Origin: Eledone cirrhosa
Taxonomy: Eukaryota
Reading direction: 5' to 3'
Assembly (NCBI GenBank): GCA_964016885.1
Contig: OZ024740.1
Location: 347,510,001-347,574,000, forward strand
Length of the DNA: 64,000 nt
The notes beneath the pieces are model-generated. The model was not told the origin of the DNA and ran no database searches. It was given only the letters and a program-made list of their open reading frames with translations. This document shows positions 14,176 through 28,530 of the stretch, one piece after another (positions within the stretch are counted from its first letter, which is position 1; each line of letters starts with the position of its first letter). Made by a program: the position numbers and the translations under genes.

Positions 14176-15496
14176 TTATAGCCCTAGTCTACCCCCCCCC
14201 CCCGGGTCATTATGGGGTTTGAGGGCGAGGTAAGTCCTACGCAATCTATGTTTACATGCAGTAACCAGTTCATCTTTCTTGTTTAGGAGTTGGTCCGTCG
14301 AAAACAGCATTTGAAAAGTTTCCTCCGAGCATAAATTGCACGGACGGCGTCCTCCCGTGTAAGAATTGGCTCTGGACAGTAATCTCCAAGTGAGATCATA
14401 GGTGATGTTGTTGTCCTTGAGGTCCCATATGTGGCCCGAAAGTGTAGTGGCGTGACGCCGGGCCGGGTTTCGGAAGGTATGTCTATGTTGGTATAGCCGG
14501 GTCTTGAAGTCACATGCGGTAAGTCCTATATAGGCTTTGTTGGAGGTATCCGTCCTCACGTTGCACTGGTAGATCACATTACGGTCTCTGCATCTATTGT
14601 CGAGTGGGCAAATAGATCTATCCGGGCAATTACACCTCCTGGTCGGTTCTCCACTGCTATTTAGGTTATTTCTGCCATCGGGGTTGAGTTTTTTGTTGTT
14701 AGAGGAGACGATGTTTTGTGCGAAGTTTGGTGTAGTGCTGTAAGAGAGTTTGATGGTATTTTTGTTAATTATGTTGTGGTAGCGGTGTTGTAATGGGAAG
14801 TGTTTTTCAATGAGCCTAAAGAATAGTTTCCCGATGGGAGTAGTCACCTCTGCGTTGTGGGGAGGATTGAACCATGTTACATTGCGTGAGCGGCGGTGTC
14901 TCCTGCTGGTTCCGCTAATGGGAGCTGGACAGTAGGATATTTCCTCCCGGAAACCACTCCGCTTGAGGGCCTGGTTGTAATAAGGCGCATGTTCATCGAA
15001 TATCCGCTCATTAGCTGACAAACGGGATATGCGGAGGGAGATGTTTTTGACCAGGTTGTTTGTGATGTTCCTAGGATGGTTTGATCGGCGGTGGATGTAG
15101 TGCAGATTGTCATTAGGTTTCCTGTATGGGTAGTACAGGTCGTTTTCGAGGTCGAGGGTCACGTCCAGGAAGTTTACTCGGGTCAGGGACGTTTGTAGGG
15201 TTATTTTAAATCCCCAGTCGCGGAAGAATCTGATTAATTGTTTCCGGACCCGATCTGTACTACTGGGGTTGTACCCTTTAAGGGTAAGGAGCCCATCATC
15301 ACGGTACAATCCACCACCGAATGCAGGAAACATATCAGTGAGTTTGGCTATTAGGAATAATCCTATAAGATCAGTGACCTCCGCCGAATCCGTGGCGCCC
15401 ATGCTGACGTCGAAGGGTGAGTCGGGAGCTCTTTTTATCCATTTAGAGTCGTCAAAGAGTAAGACTGTCTTCCTGGCGTGGAGGAGGATTTTTCTT
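14176..15496 (-). CDS. PLE RT C-half/thumb + Cys-rich linker + GIY-YIG endonuclease (5'-truncated, stop-free ~440 codons)
   Basis: [52 protein letters not shown]...YIGLT, CNLCSEE. The N-terminal 110 aa of the tracked ORF is microsatellite read-through. Confidence 0.9.
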
Positions 15497-15944
<448 letters not shown>

Positions 15945-16018
15945 AGGGTCACTGATGAAGGACCTACTTTTTCACATGCCCCACCATTTGCAACGGGCAG
16001 CCTATTATTTTCATATTT

Positions 16019-16069
<51 letters not shown>

Positions 16070-17289
16070 CATGTGAAATAGCCCATATGTTGTGCTCAAT
16101 TGTTGGGTGTTATGGCGGAAGTAGTTGTAGTGATGGTGGTGGTCATGGTGGTATGTGTGAGAAAGGAAGGTGGTGATGGCTATCGGTGTTGCTAACTATA
16201 GATTAGCATTGGTGTGCGAGAACTATATATAAAGGCATACTAACCGAAACTATCATATCTATGAAGGAGTTGTTTCAAAGGTAACCTTTTAATTGTGTAC
16301 ATAGTTGTTCCTGGTATGTAACATTTCTTGCAATTGTTAATTTGAATAAAGCTGCAAAGAATGATGTTTCCTTCGTCTTTGATCAGCCTACTTTTATAAA
16401 CCACGAATAAAATATAACTACAGAATTGTATGTTCCTTAAGAACTACTCCTGTGAAGCAACTGTCCTCTTACTTTAGAAGTGAATAAAGAATATCTTTCA
16501 AAGATGATATTGGCTGCAAACGATGCCATTTGAAATGTTCATTTCTAGGCACGGATGTGACGGCAAATACTAATGCCTATTATTGGCTCTTAAATCGCTG
16601 GCAGCATTCTCAAGTGGACTTTGCTACTACATGATCAGATCATGCCAGTTGTCACCATTTGCTAATTTTCGCTTTTCCTTTCCTACATTCTTCTGACATG
16701 AAATCTATAAAGACAGGTCACTCGGGTAAACAGCCATTAGTTAGGTCATAAAGAAAAATCCCTTGTTTCACTGTTTTGAGACGAATTGTGTTTTACTTTA
16801 TTTAGTGAGCATGATTTGTTGTTACAGCTGTAGCTGAGATCCTTAATGGTTGTTCAGTGCCCACATTCTGATCTGTTCAAGTCTTTCTCTTGTGCCTAAC
16901 TGACTGTGGTTCGCTTCACGTCATGTTTTTTGTCAGGATTTAATGTTGCTGCTTCGTGTTATCTGGTTTGGAGACTGATTAAAGTACAAATAATCCTTGA
17001 CACGTTGAGATAATTCGGTTTTCGAAAAAAGTGGAGTATATTTAGAAAGCTCATATTGCTATTCTGGTGAAGGTAATATGGTATTTCTAACAAACATTAT
17101 ATGCGTGGGAGGTTTTTGAATTAAAAACAAATATATATGAATATATTTGTATAAAGAAAGAAAGATTGGGAAAGTAAATGAAAATGTTGAGTGTATAAAT
17201 GAATAAATATGAGCTGGTAAATGTTGAGACACACACAAACACACACACACACACACGAGTGTCATATTACAACATGAGCATTTCATACA

Positions 17290-17968
<679 letters not shown>

Positions 17969-17988
17969 CTCTGTATACATATATACAT

Positions 17989-18320
17989 AAGACTAAAATC
18001 CAAAGAGGGCTCGATAAGGAAAATATATATCAAATATATAAGAACCGTAGAGCAAATATTTATTAAAATAACAGATTAAAGTTTAATCAAAGAATCGCTG
18101 CTTTCACCCTTAACGGGATCTCCTGAAACTAACAAAGTCAATCTGTAAACGCAGAACTGGATATTTCAAAAAACGTTGCAACCGGAGGAAGACAGGAAGA
18201 CGATACTTTGGTTCATGGTGACGTTCGCTGGCAAAGAACGGGAAAAAAAACGAATAATACGTCATTAATAGGAGCGGTGAAAAACAATTACGTGCAAGGA
18301 CAGAACCACGTTTATGGTAT
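17989..18320 (-). repeat. pLTR family A (copies also 19030-19255, 24365-24452, 25993-26428, 56510-57035)
   Basis: Shared AAGACTAAAATCCAAAGAGGGCTCGATAAGG...CTTTCACCCTTAACGGGATCT; contains an HHR motif. Confidence 0.85.
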
Positions 18321-18536
18321 GCACGGCGTTCGAATCCTTAATAGAACGAATTCTATTCTTCAGGTCTTGCTGGAAGGAATTGCTCCTATTCCGAAATTTG
18401 ATACTCCGAATGAGTTCCAAGACATCATTTTCGAAGGGTAGCAATGCTGGGTTCCACGGAGGGTTATTATAGGTTTTAAATCCAAATTTGTCCTGCTTGT
18501 TGTCTGCTTTTCGCGGATTATCGAAATAAAAGGCAT
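18321..18536 (-). pseudogene. N-terminal fragment of a Naiad-type PLE ORF fused to pLTR family A
   Basis: Translates to AFYFDNPRKADNKQDKFGFKTYNNPPWNPALLPFENDVLELIRSIKFRNRSNSFQQDLKNRIRSIKDSNAV (GFK..PP..FE.D..I.FR..N.FQ pattern that precedes ADKT in this RT family). Confidence 0.7.
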
Positions 18537-18542
18537 TAATAA

Positions 18543-18652
<110 letters not shown>

Positions 18653-19459
18653 TGAATATAAAAAAGATATAAACACAGATATATACATATATGTGTTCAA
18701 ATCGTAGGGGACCAGATTTGCTAGGGTGAAGAAAATACTAACTATGAACAATAGGGTTTGCCAGACTCAATTTAAAAGAAATATGCCATGTGCGTTATTT
18801 TATATACGCACACAATTCAGTCTTCTCAGATACTTAGAAGTGAAGAGCAAAAGAATTGGTCATTCCGTTTCACCGAATTGGCGAAACTATATATATATGT
18901 ATGTATGTATATATATATATATATATATAGTTAAATCTTAGACAGGAACAAAACCAGAGAGGCAGTACAAATATGAGTTTATTAGGTTCACGCTTTTGAG
19001 ATGGTGGGGGGGGGGGCATATATATATATAGTAATAATAATAAATGTGAAGTGAAGACTAAAATCCAAGGAGGGCTCGATAAGGATAAATATATATGTAT
19101 CAAATATATAAGAAACAGAACAAATATTTATTAAAATAACAGATTAAAGTTTAAGCAACGTATCGCTACTTTCACCCTTAACGGGATCTTCAGAAGATCC
19201 CGTTAAGGCTGAAAGCAACGATTCTTTGCTTAAACTTCAATCTGTCATTTTATTATATATATATGCAAGAGATGTCAACATGAATGGACCTGTTATTTTT
19301 ATCTCAAGACATTTTTCCAATTCCAACCCGCCCGTCCCCTCAATCTATTTTATTTCTCATTCTTTCTTCTGGTGAAGGACAAACTATATCAAGCGTTAAT
19401 AACCTAATATATACCTTCCAGATACTGTACCGATTGTGTTGTTATTCCTGTTTACCTGT

Positions 19460-19624
<165 letters not shown>

Positions 19625-19629
19625 TTTTG

Positions 19630-19673
<44 letters not shown>

Positions 19674-19826
19674 ATCGGAGAAAGCTAATAGCGATACTCC
19701 GCCGAAATTCCAACTCACTCAACAAACATTAGGAAATACCTGAGTATATACCCAATTAAACGTTCGGGGTGCTAACTAATTGTATTGTGTGGAAAATTGA
19801 GTGTATCAATTTCATATGAGATATAT

Positions 19827-19856
<30 letters not shown>

Positions 19857-19866
<10 letters not shown>

Positions 19867-19978
19867 ATTTAGAGTTTTCACTCAGGAGTCAAATACAATT
19901 ATTTAGCTCTAAGAAATATTTCTTAGAGCTAAATAATTGTATTTGACTCCTGAGTGAAAACTCTAAATTATATTATAT
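19857..19978. repeat. Perfect loop-less 122-bp palindrome
   Basis: Centre AAGAAAT|ATTTCTT at 19917/19918; arms are exact reverse complements. Confidence 0.92.
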
Positions 19979-20497
19979 CTGCTCCTTCGGTCGAGCTGAA
20001 TTCGTAATCCCATATAAACGGCTGTTATTTCTAGGGCCATGAGTATGAGCCAGATTGCTGGGGAAAAATCGTGTGCAAAAGCACATGTATTTGGCATACG
20101 ACAAACCAGTCCTTAGATATTTCTCTTAGGTGAAGTAACTCTTATTTTTCTGGGTGCCTATTGAGAATCACAGAAAATTGATTATTTCATTATTAATTAT
20201 TTCATAAATAGTTATTCCACAATTAATTAATTATTTCAATAGTATACCATCCTTTATGAAACAGGTTTATTTTTTGAAGTTCGGACTGATCTGCTGAAAA
20301 GGTTTGAATTTTGGAATTTAAACTTGTCTAGGCACCAGGGCAGTTGCCGATATACGTCTGTGAGTTTAGATTTATTATTTTTTAGATCGATACAGGCAGA
20401 CTATATGTATTTGAATTAAGGTATTTCTATCTGGCTAAATTATTGTCAATTTGCAATAAAAACACATTAGTGTTGATCATATTTTTATATCAACTTG

Positions 20498-20534
<37 letters not shown>

Positions 20535-20544
<10 letters not shown>

Positions 20545-20938
20545 TAAACGGAATAGAAAATGCTGACAAATTGTTCACAGTTGAAAAATGGTTTAATTAG
20601 GAATAAAAGAGTATTAGTGATTGTATGGGTTAGTATTCAGTTGTGGTTTAAAGTTTTTAAGTTTTTACCGGTTGCGCATTTCTAAATGCTTTTCAAAAAT
20701 AATTTTGAGATAGAGTGTCCGTGCTGTTTGCTCTGATCTGAGCAAACAGCACGGACACTCTATCTCAAAATTATTTTTGAAAAGCATTTAGAAATGCGCA
20801 ACCGGTAAAAACTTAAAAACTTTAAACCACAACTGAATACTAACCCATACAATCACTAATACTCTTTTATTCCTAATTAAACCATTTTTCAACTGTGAAC
20901 AATTTGTCAGCATTTTCTATTCCGTTTACCAATATATA
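20535..20938. repeat. ~400-bp near-perfect palindrome of a pLTR fragment
   Basis: Centre GATC 20735-20738. Right arm holds TTGAAAA-GCATT taga AATGC-GCAA-CCGG-TA (20777-20807), a damaged minimal HHR. Confidence 0.92.
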
Positions 20939-20967
20939 ATAACTTGTGTGTTACACCTCTATTCTTT

Positions 20968-21030
<63 letters not shown>

Positions 21031-21066
21031 TATATATATAGTAATATATATATATATAGTAATAAT

Positions 21067-24000
21067 GTCCTGGGTATGACATTAAACTACATCCAGTGGC
21101 AAGGCTCCAGTTCGGGAGTTCAGGAGTTGTGGGGAATGTGGAGTTACCCCTTAGTTGTCTTGACTCCCAGCTCTGCCCTGGCCCGGGGTGGTAGTACCTG
21201 TTAGGGCTCCATTTATGGGTTAAATAACTACCTTATTCGAGTGGCGCCGGTAAGGTATTGTCAGCCATTGAAAAGAAATATGGAGAGTCGATCTAACAGC
21301 AGTAGGGTTAGAGCCCCTAATTACACTGTCAAGGAGCAGCCTGGTCGTTATGACACTGCTGGCTTAGAGGGCCAATGGATGATGGATCAGCTGTCTCTGA
21401 GACAAATATAAAGAATGCAGTTTTGTCCTGCAGAAGAGCCATCAAAATGGGCACTTTGAATGTGAGGACTATTCGGACGCTGGAGAAGAGAGAGGAGTTG
21501 GGACATCTGTTCGAGGAGAGTGGTATGCAGATACTTGCGATCCAAGAACACAGGATCCTACACGATGAGCTCGTGAGGAGTGTGATGATCGGGAAGAGGA
21601 GCCAGCTCATCACTACATCGGCAGTGAAGAACACAACAAATGCTGCAGTAGGAGGAGTGGGTTTTGTGTTCAGTGCAAAAACCAATCTGTTGGTGAGGGA
21701 AATAATGCCTATCTCCTCGCGAGTGTTGAGGGTGACCTTCAATGGAAACCCAAGACTGACAGTCATCTCAGCCTATAGTCCAACCGAGGGGGACAGTGAT
21801 ATGAGTGCGGAAGAGTTCCATGAGGAGGTGTGTAGAGCTGTCAACACCACTCAGGCACACAATATCCTGCTTGTTTTGGGGGACTTCAATGCACATCTGA
21901 GTAAGGAGGGCAGTGAAGATCCTTGCTGGTACTTCCATAACAACACCAATCGAAATGAAAGACTACTGAGAGACACCCTGCTGGAGGCGAACTTGATGGC
22001 GACCAACCTAAGGTTTAGGAAGAATCTGGGGAAGATGGGGACCTACATCTCGGATATGCACCTGTCCAAGTCCCAGATTGATTTCATTCTGGTGAGGAAA
22101 AAGTGGCGGAATAGTGTTCTGAACACAGAACCAGACAGCTATTTCAGTACACTGGGTAGTGACCACCGGCTTGTTATGAGTGAGGTCCGGGTGAGCTTAA
22201 GAAAGAGCAAGGCTCGGCCCCGGAGAGCAATCTATGACTGGGGAGCTTTCAAGGAAGATGATAAGCTACAGGAGAGGTTCAAAGTGGAAGTGAGAAACAG
22301 GTTTAGTGCCCTGTGTGGAGTGTCAGAGGAGAGAGAGATTGGATGGACTGAGGAGAGTGTGACGAGGAGGTACGGGCACTTCACCAATGCAGTGGCGGTG
22401 GCAAGTGAAACCCTGTTGCCGAGGAAAAAGAACAAAGGGAAGCACGTCAGCTCTGCAATCCCAAAAGTGTGTGCAGCCAGAGAACGCCTGAAAGCTGCCA
22501 AGGACCAATTCTATGCTGATCCTACGGAGGAAAGGATGGAGACTGTGGAGGTGATGAGGGAAGAACTCTGTACCGCTTACACTGAGGTCAGAGAGGAGGC
22601 ACTGATAGAGAAGATCAGAAGTGTGGAGAGAGCGGTTGACAGATCTGGATGTAAGGAGAGCTGGATGATCATCAACGAGATCACAGGGAGGAAGAGAAGG
22701 TGTTCGAGTCAGATCCAGGGAACGGGGCCCGAGGATAGGAAGAGGAAATGGCTAGACCATTTTAGGACCCTACTAGAAGAGCCACCCCCCACAGCCCAGA
22801 GCACTGGGGAGATCAGGCAGATGTTTGAGGAACTGGATGTTGAGACAGAGCCCTTCACCAAAGAGGAGCTTCAGAGAGCCAAGAAGAGAATCAAGGAGGG
22901 CAAGGCTCATGGAGAAGATGGAGTGGCATCAGAGGTGATGAAGAGGTGTGATTTTGATGATATCATCCTGGGGTTCTGTAACGGGGCACTGGAGAAAGGA
23001 GTTGCCCCGAATCAGTGGAGGATCAGTAACATCGTCCCAGTGCCAAAGAAGGGAGATCTCTCTAACACCAAAACTACAGGGGGATCTCACTGACGTCACT
23101 TGTGGCAAAGACCCTCAACAGGATGATTTTTAACAGGATCCAGCCTGAGATGGAGAAGAAGCTCAGGGACAACCAGAACGGCTTCAGAGAGGGTAGATCA
23201 ACCACCAGTCACATTCTGATGCTGAGGAGGATATTAGAAGGAGCTAGAGCAAAGTGCCTTCCTGCGGTCATGGTTTTCATTGACTTTAGGAAGGCCTTTG
23301 ATTCTGTGGATCGTTACTGCCTGATGAAGATCTTACAGGCTTATGGAATCCCCAAGAAGATAGTGGACCTGATATCACTGCTCTACACCAACACCAAATC
23401 CCAAGTCATTACACCTGATGGGATGACAGAGTTCTTTGAGATACTGGCTGGAGTGCTCCAGGGAGATGCATTGGCTCCCTACCTTTTTATCATCGTAGTG
23501 GACTATTGTATGCGCATTGCACTGGAGAAACACCAGGACTCTGGCTTTTCTGTGGCACCGGCTCAGAGCAGGAGAGTTAGGGCGAAAAGGTATCGGATGC
23601 TGAATTTGCCGACGACATAGTTTTGGTGACAAATACAGTGAAGGAGGCAGAGGATTTGATGCGGGAGGTTGAGACTGTGTTGATGAGTGTGGGGCTGAGA
23701 ATGAATGAGACTAAAACAAAATATCTGGTAGAGAATGTTTAGAAGCCAGAGGGGATAACTAATATAGGCGGGAATCCGCTAGAATTGGTTCAGGGCTTCC
23801 TGTATTTGGGAGCAAAGATTGGGAATACGGAAGATGATGTGGTTGAGAGGATGAGCAAATCCTGGGCGGCGTGCCACAGCTTGAGATCGGTGTGGAAGTC
23901 GGACCTTCGTAGAGACCTGAAAATCCGCCTCTTAATTGCTGTAGTGGAGTCTGTGCTGCTGTATGGATCTGAGACTTGGACACTGACCAAGAAACTCACT

Positions 24001-24364
24001 CAGATGGTGGATGGGTGCTACACGAGAATGCTGAGGATGGCTTTGATCATTAATCAGTATACACTGCAGATGAAAAACTCAGAGCTGTATGGGAACATCC
24101 AAAAAGTCAGCTTAAAAGTGACACAGAGGAGACTGAGGTTAGCTGGACATGCTCACCGACATCCAGAGTTGACATTGCACTCAGTGCTCCTTTGGGAGCC
24201 CCTACATGGACACACTAGAAGAGGAAGACCAAGGTTAACGTATGTTGATGCCCTAAGGACAGACACTGGTCTATTGGAGACGCAGGACACGGCAGCGATA
24301 ATGAGGAACAGAGACCGCTGGAGAGAACTCGTCCATGGATCTCGGGAATTTTACCCACCTTAGA
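21067..24364 (+). mobile_element. Full-length RTE/RTEX-type LINE with 11-bp TSD
   Basis: TSD ATAGTAATAAT at 21056-21066 and 24365-24375; ~300-bp 5' UTR; APE+RT ORF ending at TAG 24361-24363. Confidence 0.9.
21375..24363 (+). pseudogene. APE endonuclease-reverse transcriptase ORF with 2 frameshifts and 1 stop
   Basis: GTLNVRT, LAIQEHR, GDFNAH, SDH; IVPVPKKGD/NYRGISL, QNGFREGRST, FIDFRKAFDSV, GVLQGD, EFADD, LLYGSETW, LAGH. Breaks near 23070, 23590 and 23740. Confidence 0.92.
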
Positions 24365-24452
24365 ATAGTAATAATAATAAATTTGAAGACTAAAATTCAA
24401 AGAGCGCTCGATAAGGATAAATATATATCAAATATATAAGAACCGTAGAGCT

Positions 24453-25400
24453 AATTACCTCGACGTTACCCTCAATTTATCGAATGGCTTGTATTACCCG
24501 TATAGAAAGCCGAATGATACGCTTAATTACATAAGTAAGCATTCTAACCATCCTGCCAGCATAACCAAGAACCTGGTAAGAAACGTTTCTTTGAGGCTTT
24601 CCCGTCTATCTACTAACGAGCATATTTTCAACGACCATTCCACATATTACAATGAAGCTCTTGCTCGGAGTGGATTTGTCGATAAGGTAGCATATACAGA
24701 GTACGAGAATACACCTAGAAGAAATAGATCCCGGCGCATTATATGGTATAACCCACCATATAATATGGAGGTGGCCACACCATTAGCTAAGATCCTTCTA
24801 TCCCTTATTACGAAGCATTTGCCCCTACACGTAAATATAGTAAATTTTTTAATAGAAATACTATTAAAATGTGTTACTCTACGACTCCTAACCTTGCACA
24901 TAACATCACAGCTTCAAATTTAGCTAAACTACCTAGCCGTAGGATCACGTGCAACCCTGTAGTTAGTACTAACTGTAATTGTAGGAATCGGGTTGATTGC
25001 CCCCTATCCGGTAAATGCCTCTCTAGTAACATTGTCTACAAATGTAAGGTTGAAACACCCACGTCCCGTAGGGCCTATATAGGGTTAACCGCCAATAGAT
25101 TCAAGCAGCGTCGTTACATGCATACCCATTCTTTTCGTTACCCTTTAAGAAGGAATATGACGTCACTTTCAGCTTATATCTGGAGGCTAAAAGACAACCA
25201 CACCCAATATAAGTTACACTGGGAGATCCTAGCTAGATCGTTAAACGGAAATAAAAGACCATGTGACCTCTGCGCCGCTGAGGCCCTGGAAATACTCTAC
25301 GCCAAAGACAACATCTTAAACAAAAGAAATCTGAGGCAATTTCGGCTTGTAAACATAAATTGCACAGAACTTTCCTATATTACAGCCCCACATTATACCC
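24453..25400 (+). pseudogene. Naiad-type PLE fragment: thumb + GIY-YIG, frameshifted
   Basis: [49 protein letters not shown]...AYIGLT, PCDLC. Confidence 0.88.
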
Positions 25401-26355
25401 TAACGGATAGTACGATCTATACGCGGATATTTTACGTCTTGTTGTGGTAGCTAAGTATATGTTATGTTTATACCATTACTTATTTGCATAGGTAAGTATA
25501 TATTACCTGTATGTTTTGTGAAGGTACGTATACTTTCTCGTACGTATATTTGATTGTATATGTTATGGCGTATATTTTATATATCCTGGTACATATGCTT
25601 TTGGTTATGTGTATACGTAAGTTTTGCGTCTGTGTGAGTATGCGGGTTCGTACGTATGTAGGCTGTGTGTATATGTGTACTTCGTGTTTTGGTTGACGTA
25701 CGTCTCCGAAAATTTGTGTATTTACATGTAGGTATGTGTGTGCGCTTGTTATATACGTATTTATTTATTTATATACGTTTATTTAATTATTTGTATACAC
25801 GCACGCACACACACACACACAGACACACACACACATATTTATATGTGCGTATATTTGTATACCTATGGCGATTGTTTTCGCGTATGCTTGTGTATGTACG
25901 TATATGGTTGCGTGTATGTATTTATTTAATTTCTGTTACCTCTGTATTTTATTTACTTTATTCTTAACTCTGAAGCCGAGAATCATTCGGTTTCCTAGTT
26001 AGAATTTTAGTCTACGACTTCAGTTATACCATTTACGTGGTTTTGTGTTTGCATGCAATTGTTCTCCACGCTCCACATATGACGTATTATATTCGTTTTT
26101 TCCGTTCATTGCCAGATAACGTCTCTATAAACCACCTAAGAGAATATTAGTCTACGACTTCTTTTATACCATAAACGTGGTTTTGTCTTTGCGTGTAATT
26201 GTTTTTCACCGCTCCAAATAATGACGTATTATATTCGTTTTTTCCCGTTCTTTGCCAGGAAACGTTTCCACGAACCAAAGTATCGTCTTCCTGTCCTCCT
26301 CCGGTTGCAACGTTTTTTGAAATATTCACTTCTGCGTTCACAGATTGACTTTGTT

Positions 26356-26406
26356 AGTTTCAGAAGATCCCGTTAAGGGTGAAAGCAGCGATTCTTTGCT
26401 TAAACC
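26356..26406 (+). ncRNA. Type-I hammerhead of pLTR family A with CAGAAGA (U4A) core
   Basis: GTTT-CAGAAGA-tCCC gttaa GGGt-GAAA-GCA gcgattctt TGC-TT-AAAC. Confidence 0.65.
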
Positions 26407-26426
26407 TTAATCTGTTATTTTAATAA

Positions 26427-26494
<68 letters not shown>

Positions 26495-26541
26495 GACGTA
26501 AATAAGAAAGTTATGAAAATTGACTTACTTACTAAAATTTC

Positions 26542-26620
26542 ACTCCAACTAATTAGTTTCTGTAAGGGGATAAATACAGTTACGTAATACCTGTAGAGAA
26601 GCCTTACGTCACCAGGGAGT
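26542..26620 (-). ncRNA. Type-I hammerhead, 48-nt helix-II domain, palindromic helix III
   Basis: ACTCC-CTGGTGA-cGTAAGG...TACAG...CTGTA...CCTTACa-GAAA-CTAATTAG-TT-GGAGT. One core substitution (A6G). Confidence 0.75.
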
Positions 26621-27137
26621 CTATTCTCAGCTAAGCTACCAGGCAATGCGGGGACACTGGAAGCTTACATAACAATAATTCAGTGGATGGAAAAAACCGA
26701 AAAAATCGAGCGGGGCTAGATTCTAAGCACTGAAAAATCCGCTGCCTCCTTGGTCAAGTGGCAAATTCAAAAGAAATAATCACGTGACACTGAGGTTAAC
26801 CAGCTTGGAGTGGGGGTGCTATTAAGACAGAGCCTAGCTACTACTATCAGGCACAGTAGTAATTTGGCAAATTTTGCTCAACAAATAATTTGGAGTAGAA
26901 TATAAAGAATTTATATATCTACCGACATATGTATACAGATGCATACCTAGCTAGCAGATATATATGTTTTGTCTTAGTAACGCTGTAGTTCTATGCAGGT
27001 GAATGCAGAACAATTATATGAAAGACGTAACTAAGAAAGTTATGAAAATTGACTTACTTACTAAAATTTGGAGTGAAATTTTAGTAAGTAAGTCAATTTT
27101 CATAACTTTCTTATATATATATATATTTTCATAACTT

Positions 27138-27582
<445 letters not shown>

Positions 27583-27727
27583 CACATACACATACATATA
27601 TGTACACAAACACATACAGACACATACACACATATACACATACATATACACATACATATATATCCATATACATATATATATACACATATATATACACACA
27701 TATATATATATATATATATATACATAC

Positions 27728-27764
<37 letters not shown>

Positions 27765-27806
27765 TACAAGTACATACATACACACATACATACATACACA
27801 TACATG

Positions 27807-27838
<32 letters not shown>

Positions 27839-28530
27839 CATATATACATACATATATATATACCTATATATACACACACACATACATACACACATACATA
27901 TATATATATGTGCGTACACACGAGCACATAAAGACACATATACACATACACATATATATACACATATATATACATATATATACACATACACCTACATACA
28001 AACATACATATACACAAACAGAAACATACACATATGTACACACATATATACATATATGCACATGCATACACACACACACACACATATATAGGTACATACA
28101 CATACTTACACACACACATAAACATACATATCTATCCATATATATATATATATATATATATATAACGATCGTTTCTAGGATATATATGTGTTAGAATTGG
28201 CATGCATATTCAACAGATCTATGTACAAAATTATACAAAATTATACAAACTATCAAGATTAAATATACATACCAAACACACATATACGCCGTCTTCAGAA
28301 ATAATGAAATATATTTATTGATAATAACAACAATTCAAAATTTCAGGTCCGTTTGGGAACAAAATTGACCAATGAAAATACAAAAGGTTTTATGCAATTT
28401 GGTGTGTGTATATACATTTAACTACCCCGTACACATATTTATACAAAGATGTATGCTCAACATGCATATGCATGCCAAAAAGATGCATGCAAATACAAAA
28501 TTTCAAGGTTAATGTCTCTGTAAGTTTATA

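Larger units (their letters stand above)
12976..15496 (-). mobile_element. 5'-truncated Penelope-like element (Naiad-type) with 3' UTR and hammerhead-bearing pLTR
   Basis: RT/GIY-YIG ORF followed by ~1.1 kb UTR and HHR; both ends abut (TA)n. Confidence 0.85.

Noticed and set aside
16330-17000. Very old hAT transposase relic (LGTDVTANT-like motif)
   Set aside because: Similarity too fragmentary to support without a profile search.
18208-18441. Recurrent small ORF (also 26147-26341) suggesting a protein family
   Set aside because: Antisense reading of pLTR family A; recurrence reflects the repeat.
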